Both the position numbers and the translations under genes were made by a program. From assembly GCA_036310525.1 (NCBI GenBank), contig JAXJRQ010000166.1:1-52238 (forward strand): 52,238 bases of DNA, in the 5' to 3' direction. Origin of the DNA: Clostridia bacterium (GTDB taxonomy: Bacteria; Bacillota; Clostridia; UBA1381). Position 1 is the first letter of the stretch, and the number at the start of each line of letters is the position of its first letter. A model generated the notes under the pieces. The model did no database searches. It was not told where the DNA came from and saw only the letters and a program-made list of their open reading frames with translations. Of this stretch, positions 45,447 through 52,238 are shown piece after piece.

Positions 45447-47768
45447 ATGGCTAAACTTCGTAAGGAAAATATTTTAATCGTTATCGACGCCTCTATGGAG
45501 GTTTGTGAAATTGACCTTAATTCGTTTCACAAAAATCGTATAAGCTTTGGCAGAGATGAATCATGCAATATTGTTTTCAAATCACAGATTGTATCAAAAT
45601 GTCACGGATATATTGAGTTTGTTGAAGACAAAATATATTTATACGACAACCGAAGCACCAACGGCATTATCGTAAACGGACACCTTTATAAAACAGCCGC
45701 AAACGGTGATGCAGAGGTGCACAGACTTTGTGACGGTGACATTATAAAGATAGACAACGGTGACCCCAATAACAGCCACAGCCACGGAGTATTGATGATG
45801 TACACCACACGCAAAAGCTCAGGCAGATGGCAGAAATTCAACATTATGAGCAGACAGCGCATCACAATAGGCAGAAGCTCACAGTGCGATTTGCACCTTG
45901 ACAGCATCAGTGTATCACGTAATCATGCGGTGATTACATCCAATAACGGTATGCTGTTTATTGAGGATTTGAACAGCTCCAACGGTGTATTTGTCAATGG
46001 TCACAGAGTTATTGGCCAAACTCAGCTTCACGAAAAGGACATAATCCTTATTGCCCACTCCATGATGATATTCACATCGGGAATGCTTCTGTATAAGCTT
46101 AAAATGGGCGGTACAAGGGTTGTGATGAAGGATATATCCAGAGTTGTAACCGTTAAAAACCAACGTCGCTACATACTTCAGAATGTAAATCTTACGGTTG
46201 AGCCAAACGAATTTATTGCCGTTATAGGCGGTTCAGGTGCCGGCAAATCTACTGTTATGAACGCAATGAGCGGATTTGAGCAGGCAACAAGTGGAAATGT
46301 TTACGTTAACGATACAGATTTATACAAAAACTATCAGGTTCTTAAAAACATGATAGGCTATGTTCCTCAGCAGGATATTATATACGAAAATATCACCTTA
46401 CAGAAAATGCTTGAATACTCAGCAAAAATGCGTATGTCAGAGGACGTAAGCGAAGCCGAAAGACAAAAGCGCATAGCTGAGGTTCTTCAGATGGTTGAGC
46501 TTTCGGAGCATAAGGATAAATTTATCCGTTCGCTTAGCGGCGGTCAGAAAAAGAGAGCAAGTATTGCTGTTGAGCTTCTTGCAGACCCCGGTCTGTTCTT
46601 CCTCGACGAACCCACCTCAGGACTTGATCCCGGAACGGAAGCAAGCCTGATGAATACCTTAAACAATCTCGCAAAGCAAAAGGGCAAAACAATAGTAATG
46701 GTAACACATACTACGCAAAACCTTCATTTGTGCGATAAAATACTGTTTATGGGCAAAGGCGGAAGAATTTGTTTTTACGGCTCACCGGCTGAGTGTATGG
46801 ACTTTTTCGGTGTGGATAATCTTACCGAAATCTATAATAAGGCACTTAGTGATGAGGACGTTAATAAATGGTCGTCAAAGTATCTTCACGAATATGGAAA
46901 TGACACAGGCGATAACAGAAAAAGCACTAACGGAAAAATCCCCGTACAGAAAAAAGCATCATTTATACGTCAGTTTGCGATACTTTCTTCACGCTATATG
47001 ACACTTATCAAAAATGACACACAAAGACTTCTGATGATATTTTTACAGCCAATTATAATCGCATTGCTTATTGCATGCGTGGCAAGCGATGATGTCTTTG
47101 ACATATACAACTCCACAAAATCCATCTTATTCGCAATGTCATGCGCAGGAATTTGGGTCGGATTGTTCAATTCAATTCAGGAAATATGTAAAGAGCGTAA
47201 TATATTGAAGCGTGAATATATGGCAAATTTACGGCTTGGCTCTTATGTACTGTCGAAATTTGCAGTGCAGTTTTTGTTAAGTGCCATTCAGGCATTTATT
47301 ATGACTCTGATGTTTATAATAACTGTAGGCTCACCTGAGAGCGGAGTTGCTTCTGACAGCGCATTTTTTGAAATGTTTATGACTATGCTTCTTACGGTAT
47401 TTTCATCGTCTGCAATCGGTATAGTTGTGTCGGCAATTTCAAAAAACAGCGACAAAGCAATGACAACCGCACCATTTTTACTTATAGTTCAGCTCTTATT
47501 CTCAGGAATACTGTTTGAGCTTAAAGGTGCTACCGAAAAAATCGCATATTTTACGGTCAGCAAATGGTCAGTGTCGGCGTTCGGAACAATAGCTAATCTC
47601 AATGCGCTTGAAATGTCTATACCTAATATGCCTCATGAAGCAGAGGACGTTTACGAATACGTATTCTCCAATATTGCTTCGTCATGGGCGATTATGACGG
47701 CATTTGTAGTAGTTTGCTTTATTGCAAGCGTATTTATACTTAAAAATGTTTCAAAGGATTCAAGATAA
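45447..47768 (+). CDS. FHA-FHA-NBD-TMD fused ABC transporter (ABC-2/ABCG-type half transporter), Rv1747-like architecture
   Basis: FHA1 reads FGRDESCNIVF..VSKCHGYI..STNGIIVNG. FHA2 reads IGRSSQCDLHL..VSRNHAVI..SSNGVFVNG. Walker A GGSGAGKST, signature LSGGQKKR, Walker B LFFLDEPTSGLD, H-loop VMVTHT, and about 6 C-terminal TM helices. Confidence 0.9.
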   Translation: MAKLRKENILIVIDASMEVCEIDLNSFHKNRISFGRDESCNIVFKSQIVSKCHGYIEFVEDKIYLYDNRSTNGIIVNGHLYKTAANGDAEVHRLCDGDIIKIDNGDPNNSHSHGVLMMYTTRKSSGRWQKFNIMSRQRITIGRSSQCDLHLDSISVSRNHAVITSNNGMLFIEDLNSSNGVFVNGHRVIGQTQLHEKDIILIAHSMMIFTSGMLLYKLKMGGTRVVMKDISRVVTVKNQRRYILQNVNLTVEPNEFIAVIGGSGAGKSTVMNAMSGFEQATSGNVYVNDTDLYKNYQVLKNMIGYVPQQDIIYENITLQKMLEYSAKMRMSEDVSEAERQKRIAEVLQMVELSEHKDKFIRSLSGGQKKRASIAVELLADPGLFFLDEPTSGLDPGTEASLMNTLNNLAKQKGKTIVMVTHTTQNLHLCDKILFMGKGGRICFYGSPAECMDFFGVDNLTEIYNKALSDEDVNKWSSKYLHEYGNDTGDNRKSTNGKIPVQKKASFIRQFAILSSRYMTLIKNDTQRLLMIFLQPIIIALLIACVASDDVFDIYNSTKSILFAMSCAGIWVGLFNSIQEICKERNILKREYMANLRLGSYVLSKFAVQFLLSAIQAFIMTLMFIITVGSPESGVASDSAFFEMFMTMLLTVFSSSAIGIVVSAISKNSDKAMTTAPFLLIVQLLFSGILFELKGATEKIAYFTVSKWSVSAFGTIANLNALEMSIPNMPHEAEDVYEYVFSNIASSWAIMTAFVVVCFIASVFILKNVSKDSR

Positions 47769-49276
47769 TGAAAAAACTTTTAATAAGCATCATTACAACT
47801 ATATTATGTGTATTTATGTCCTCTGCGTTTGCAGAGGACATAAATGTTACGGTTAATTCCGAGTATGTGGATTTTGATACTCCACCCGTTATCATCGACG
47901 GAAGAACACTTATTCCCATACGTGCAGTAGCAGAGAAAATCGGTCTGAAAGTTACATGGGATCAGGAAACACAAACCGCCTCCATAATAAACCGTGACAA
48001 AACAGTAAATCTGACTATAGGAAGTAACATTCTTACAGACAACGGTGCAGAATTCACAATAGATGTTGCGCCGCAGATTATAAACGACAGAACATGTCTC
48101 CCCTTGCGTGCCGCCGCAGAAGCATTTGGTGCAAATGTGAACTGGGACGGTGAAAAAAGGCTTGTGGAGGTTAATGTACCGGAAATAAATAAAGTTATTA
48201 AATATCAGGGAACCTTCGGCGAAAATGAGCTTTCGTACATTTACAGCGATGAAATTTTTGATAACACCACAACCGTAAATTACGATTTGGCAAAACTTTC
48301 TGCTGCGGCTGTAATGGCTGCTGAAAGCACCGATTCAATTAAGGATTTTCTTGAAAAATGCGGTTTTGGTGATATAAAAACCTATAACTATGATTCTGAC
48401 TCTTCCATAAAAGAAAATTACCGCCATAAATCCGATTTTACACTTGCACAAAAGGAAATCAGCGGTAAAAATGTTGTTTCGGTTATCATAAGAGGTACTG
48501 CAGGAAACGAGTGGTACAGTAATTTTGATATATCACAAAACAACAAGGAAAGCAACGTTCATTACGGCTTTAATACAGCCGCAGAGGAAATAGTAAAAGC
48601 TGTAACGGAATATGCACCCGATGACAGTCTTATATGGATTTGCGGCTACAGCCGAGGCGGTGCAGTTGCAAATCTCAGCGCAAAAATGCTTACAGACAAG
48701 CGTAAAAAAATCACCGCTTATACCTTTGCCTCGCCAAACACCGTAAAGACCAAAAAGGCAGATAAGAAGGTAAATGTGTACAATTTTGTAAGCGACAACG
48801 ATATAATCACAAAAATCCCGCCATCAGAGGATAAATGGAATTATACCCGCCACGGTACAACCATAGTTCCCGACAATTATTCTGACACGCTCATGAACGG
48901 AAAGTTTCTTGAGCTTACGGGCAGAAATTACAATGCAATACGTGATGAAGATGTCAGGAGCGCTGTCTGTTATATTGCCGATATTGCCGATAATGTTAAT
49001 GACTACTATAATCTGAAGCACGGCGACTATACTCCGTATGAATTTTTTACCGACTGCGTTGTTCCGCTTCTTACAAAAAGCTCTTTTTCGGGTATCAAGC
49101 TCATATTTGATCCCGTCTACGGTAATCTGATGCGATTTTTCCTGCTTCACTCAAGCGGTGAATTTGCACAGCAGTATAAAGACTTTATTACCATAGAAGC
49201 TTATGACGACTGTAACGGCATTGTATATGAGCATTGTATGGAATCGTATTATAGCAAAATTTGCTTCACAAAATAA
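47768..49276 (+). CDS. Secreted copper-amine-oxidase-N-terminal-like domain + class 3 lipase (alpha/beta hydrolase)
   Basis: Signal peptide, then two stalk-domain half repeats (IDGRTLIPIRAVAEKIGLKVTWD / NDRTCLPLRAAAEAFGANVNWD). Lipase_3-like nucleophile elbow ICGYSRGGAVAN (GxSxG). The ATG overlaps the ABC gene stop (TAATG). Confidence 0.75.
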   Translation: MKKLLISIITTILCVFMSSAFAEDINVTVNSEYVDFDTPPVIIDGRTLIPIRAVAEKIGLKVTWDQETQTASIINRDKTVNLTIGSNILTDNGAEFTIDVAPQIINDRTCLPLRAAAEAFGANVNWDGEKRLVEVNVPEINKVIKYQGTFGENELSYIYSDEIFDNTTTVNYDLAKLSAAAVMAAESTDSIKDFLEKCGFGDIKTYNYDSDSSIKENYRHKSDFTLAQKEISGKNVVSVIIRGTAGNEWYSNFDISQNNKESNVHYGFNTAAEEIVKAVTEYAPDDSLIWICGYSRGGAVANLSAKMLTDKRKKITAYTFASPNTVKTKKADKKVNVYNFVSDNDIITKIPPSEDKWNYTRHGTTIVPDNYSDTLMNGKFLELTGRNYNAIRDEDVRSAVCYIADIADNVNDYYNLKHGDYTPYEFFTDCVVPLLTKSSFSGIKLIFDPVYGNLMRFFLLHSSGEFAQQYKDFITIEAYDDCNGIVYEHCMESYYSKICFTK

Positions 49277-49282
49277 ATCAAT

Positions 49283-49316
49283 AAATGTACTCTGAATATT
49301 CAGGGTACATTTTTTG
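49283..49316 (+). terminator. Rho-independent terminator closing the 12-gene operon
   Basis: Stem aaatgtactctgaa / ttcagggtacattt (one G-U pair) followed by TTTT. Confidence 0.65.
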
Positions 49317-49417
49317 AATTTAAGGTATGTTTTTTACAAAAACTATTGACCTCATATTTTTTGCATGCTATAATAAATTTAACAATTTTTCAAAAGATAT
49401 TTATGAGGAGAACAGAA

Positions 49418-50221
49418 ATGGATATTTCAAAATTTATGAAAAATGAAAACGAAAAACCGCTTGATAATCTGGTTACAAACGGAGGCTTTTGCGGTATTTT
49501 CAGGACAATAGCATGTATAGGCGACAGCCTTTCATCAGGCGAATTTGAGTCATTTGAGGCAGAAGAAAAGGGTTACCATGACTACTTTGACTATTCATGG
49601 GGACAATACATTGCAAGAGATGCCGGCTGTACTGTATATAACTTTTCACAAGGCGGTATGTCGGCGAAGTTTTATCGGAGCTTTGCACGTGAAAAAGGCT
49701 TTTTTAATGATGAATATAAAAGTCAGGCATACATCATAGCGCTTGGTGTAAATGATACCTCACAAATGTTGGCAAATGAGGTTGAGTTCGGTGACATCAG
49801 TGACATAGACTTAAGCGATTACGCAAAAAACAAGCCAACCTTTGTCGGATACTATGCTGCAATAATTGCAAAATATCAGCAAATTCAGCCAAAGGCAAAG
49901 TTTTTCCTTATGACAATTCCATCAGGTATCGAACCGCCGGAGCGTGAACAAATATATGACAAGCATGCAAAGCTTTTGTACAAGTTAGCAGAAATGTTTG
50001 ATAACTGCTATGTCCTTGATTTCAGAAAATATGCACCTGTTTACGATGAAGAGTTCAGAAAGAACTTTTTCCTCGGCGGTCATATGAACGCTTCAGGTTA
50101 CAGATTGACTGCTCTTATGGTTGAGTCATATATTGACTATATTATCCGCAATAACCCCGAAGATTTTTCACAGGCAGGCTTTATCGGAACACCGTTCCAT
50201 AATTCCACCGCTAAGTGGTAA
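49418..50221 (+). CDS. SGNH/GDSL-family hydrolase
   Basis: Block I IACIGDSLSSGE, block III GVND and a late GGHMN block. Start set at ATG 49418 (GAGGAG RBS), not 49346. Confidence 0.8.
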   Translation: MDISKFMKNENEKPLDNLVTNGGFCGIFRTIACIGDSLSSGEFESFEAEEKGYHDYFDYSWGQYIARDAGCTVYNFSQGGMSAKFYRSFAREKGFFNDEYKSQAYIIALGVNDTSQMLANEVEFGDISDIDLSDYAKNKPTFVGYYAAIIAKYQQIQPKAKFFLMTIPSGIEPPEREQIYDKHAKLLYKLAEMFDNCYVLDFRKYAPVYDEEFRKNFFLGGHMNASGYRLTALMVESYIDYIIRNNPEDFSQAGFIGTPFHNSTAKW

Positions 50222-50224
50222 TAC

Positions 50225-50256
50225 AAAAAAATCCGTCAAAATTGACGGATTTTTTT
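50225..50256. terminator. Bidirectional terminator
   Basis: aaaaaaatccgtcaa / ttgacggattttttt with a 2-nt loop, between convergent genes. Confidence 0.7.
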
Positions 50257-50257
50257 G

Positions 50258-51088
50258 TTAATCCTTTTCAAAATGCTGGTAGTCCCTGTAGCTGCTCCAT
50301 GAGCCTCCCCATTCCCAACCATATTTCATAAATATTTTATATATCTGAGAATCCTTACCGATATAAGCGGCACGTGCAATCTCCTTTGTCCACTTACTCT
50401 TGTCTCGTGACCAGTATTCACGTGCATTAGAATGTGCTCCCGTTCCGTTGGAATTTACATACGGATTTATCTGCGGATTTATGTCTATTGCCCGTCCCAG
50501 AGCATGCCTTGAAAGTCCCCCGCCCGACGTTGACTGTCGATAGTTGAATGCAGATGTATTATTGTACTCTATCGACTCAAAATCATCCGCTCCGTATTTA
50601 TCGACAAGCTCCATTCTTTCAATCGGATATTTTATATCAAACAGCTCTGCAAATATATCAAGCACTTCTTCTGCCAATGCTTTATTCACCACAAGATGTC
50701 CCTCTGTTATATTATAGTTAAAATCATAGTGCGGTATGGTAAGATATGATAAATCATCAAGCGAAATATTGTTATTTTGCTTATATGAAAGTCCCGTCAT
50801 ATACTCACGTATATCCTGAGGAATAGGCTGTGCACTTCCACGTCTCGGTAACGGTGTTGCCGTAGGTACAGGTGTCGGTACCGCTGTAGGCACGGGCGTC
50901 ACAATGGGTATTTGTGTTGTTTTCGTGATAGTTTTGGGGTTATCCACCACATTTGAGCTGTTTATAATTAAAAACGCAACAACCGCCGCAGCTACTATTG
51001 CCACTACAAGAAAAACTATCTGCCACTTATTCGACTTCCTTTTACGGCTGCTTCTGCCCCCGTTTTTTCGTATTTCATTGTAATCCAT
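50258..51088 (-). CDS. Membrane-anchored M15-family (VanY/LD-carboxypeptidase-like) zinc peptidase
   Basis: TM anchor and Pro/Thr/Val linker (PIVTPVPTAVPTPVPTATPLP). Metal-site motifs SRHALGRAIDIN and GWEWGGSW..YRDYQHFE. Confidence 0.8.
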   Translation of the reverse strand: MDYNEIRKNGGRSSRKRKSNKWQIVFLVVAIVAAAVVAFLIINSSNVVDNPKTITKTTQIPIVTPVPTAVPTPVPTATPLPRRGSAQPIPQDIREYMTGLSYKQNNNISLDDLSYLTIPHYDFNYNITEGHLVVNKALAEEVLDIFAELFDIKYPIERMELVDKYGADDFESIEYNNTSAFNYRQSTSGGGLSRHALGRAIDINPQINPYVNSNGTGAHSNAREYWSRDKSKWTKEIARAAYIGKDSQIYKIFMKYGWEWGGSWSSYRDYQHFEKD

Positions 51089-51117
51089 TTTTCATTTCTC
51101 CCTTATGTAATTGTTTA

Positions 51118-52110
51118 TCAGATAAAATATGCACAGGTGTTTGCTCTTTTACCGTATTTATCCACCACATCAAAACGAATGTATCCGTCTTGGGGCAAAA
51201 TTTCAAATTCCACCTTATTTTCACCGTCAGGATTTTCAGCCATCTTTTTAGCGACTCGCCTTCCTCGTGTTGCCATAACTGCATACTCCCCTTTTGAAAA
51301 AGTGAGATATGCTTTGTTGTCTTCTATGTACAGCTCTTTTATTTCAGGCCCCATTGATGCATAAAGATTATGCTTTTCCATCGCATCAATTATTGTATCA
51401 TAATCAAGCTTGTCTGCATTAATCATAACCCAACCGCCGCAGGCTGATTTCATGTTATGATTATCGTCGGTAGAAACACATGCTATTTTCTGACCGCTTC
51501 TGAGAAAATCCTCATATGCGTATATGTCATATTCCATACGTCCGCCCAGATGCGAAGCATGATTATAAATTTCAACGCCCCAGAGCCCTTTATATCCAAG
51601 ATAGTCCGTTGCATTTTCCAGCGACCACATAGGATGATTATAACACACAAGAAATCCCTTTTCATTTGCGATTTTTATAATCTCACTTATGCCTTCATGA
51701 CCGTAAATGCGTTCATACGGTTCACATGTGTAATAAACCTTTGCCATTGCTTCTTCACTTCCGTGATAGTCAAATAAGGGATTATAGCATGGAGTATCAA
51801 TATTATCGGGTGATTTTGCATAAAGATTTAAGTGACAGACTCTCATCCAGTGATTTGTAGACGGTCGTAACTCCGCCGGACCGTCCTTGATTGCAATTTC
51901 ACAAGCTGTTATCGTGAGAAAATCCTCATCATTCAGATACGAATTATCAATCAAGTGTTCATGGTCAGTATAAGCAACTACGGAATATCCATTTTTCTTG
52001 TAATGCTCTTTAACCTCTTCGGGCGTCATAACTCCGTCAGAATTAGTCGAATGACAGTGAAGATTTGCCTTGTAGTAGTTTTTGCTCGAATCAAGTAGTA
52101 TTTTTTTCAT
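51118..52110 (-). CDS. PHP-domain metal-dependent phosphoesterase
   Basis: N-terminal ANLHCHSTNSDG plus later TDHE, HLN and DDNH metal-ligand blocks. Confidence 0.8.
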   Translation of the reverse strand: MKKILLDSSKNYYKANLHCHSTNSDGVMTPEEVKEHYKKNGYSVVAYTDHEHLIDNSYLNDEDFLTITACEIAIKDGPAELRPSTNHWMRVCHLNLYAKSPDNIDTPCYNPLFDYHGSEEAMAKVYYTCEPYERIYGHEGISEIIKIANEKGFLVCYNHPMWSLENATDYLGYKGLWGVEIYNHASHLGGRMEYDIYAYEDFLRSGQKIACVSTDDNHNMKSACGGWVMINADKLDYDTIIDAMEKHNLYASMGPEIKELYIEDNKAYLTFSKGEYAVMATRGRRVAKKMAENPDGENKVEFEILPQDGYIRFDVVDKYGKRANTCAYFI

Positions 52111-52238
52111 AATATATACCCTCTTTGATATAATTATATTTTATCTAATACTGTATAAATCCCATCGACTTACACAACGCTATAAAGACTGTATAATCCG
52201 GATGCCAAACTGCAAAAATGAACTGAATTGTCTTTTAA

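Noticed and set aside
35104-49276. The FHA-rich cluster as a type VII (EssC/YukB FHA) or type VI secretion locus
   Set aside because: There is no FtsK/SpoIIIE-type ATPase, no WXG100/EsxA-like small protein, no EssA/EssB/EsaA, and no T6SS core gene. Only the regulatory domain vocabulary is shared.
35046-49316. The operon as a recently acquired genomic island
   Set aside because: There are no flanking integrase, tRNA or IS genes. By eye the codon and base composition resemble the neighbouring housekeeping genes. I could not compute GC skew or codon adaptation, so this remains open; only the repeat cluster at 34766-34927 hints at a boundary.
1-52238. CRISPR arrays, rRNA or tRNA genes, IS elements or transposases
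   Set aside because: I saw no regularly spaced direct repeats with unique spacers. No ORF carries transposase (DDE or HUH) motifs. No intergenic region is long enough or cloverleaf-like enough to hold an rRNA or tRNA. This was judged by eye only, and tRNAscan or Infernal would be the formal check.

Overview
This is a low-GC Firmicutes (Clostridia-like, spore-former) chromosomal segment. I found no rRNA, tRNA, CRISPR array, IS element or prophage. Bases 1-34.7 kb are mostly housekeeping. They hold a 5'-truncated cardiolipin synthase, an AraC-controlled sugar-acid locus (enolase-superfamily dehydratase plus SDR), pepD, xerD and spoIIM (the Bacillus ripX/spoIIM neighbourhood), an orphan membrane GT2 synthase with an SGNH esterase, and a complete minus-strand dcw cluster (mraZ-rsmH-ftsL-pbp-murE-murF-mraY-ftsW-murG). 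The dcw cluster lacks murD and runs directly into a Gx-family membrane protein and an ApbE flavin transferase. Further along are tex, lgt, a serine hydrolase, a second AraC/DMT/Gfo-Idh-MocA locus, holA and an FAD oxidoreductase. The standout is a tightly packed 12-gene plus-strand operon at about 35.05-49.3 kb. It has its own near-consensus promoter and a terminator. It encodes 6 FHA domains in 5 proteins, two paralogous zinc-ribbon Hanks Ser/Thr kinases with different ectodomains, and two PP2C phosphatases. It also encodes a vWA-TM-FHA protein, a trypsin-like-TM-FHA protein whose catalytic triad appears fully substituted, a DUF2752 protein and a DUF4234-N/Q-linker-FHA protein. Three candidate outputs complete it: an Rv1747-like FHA-FHA-ABCG exporter, a membrane-anchored NlpC/P60-like hydrolase and a secreted class-3 lipase. 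I read it as a multi-sensor transmembrane phospho-threonine signalling island and cannot match it to any characterised system. All domain calls come from motif reading by eye; no HMM or BLAST search was run. Two hairpin-dense, non-coding repeat regions (about 5.04-5.35 kb and 34.77-34.93 kb) and a few small unannotated features are also reported.
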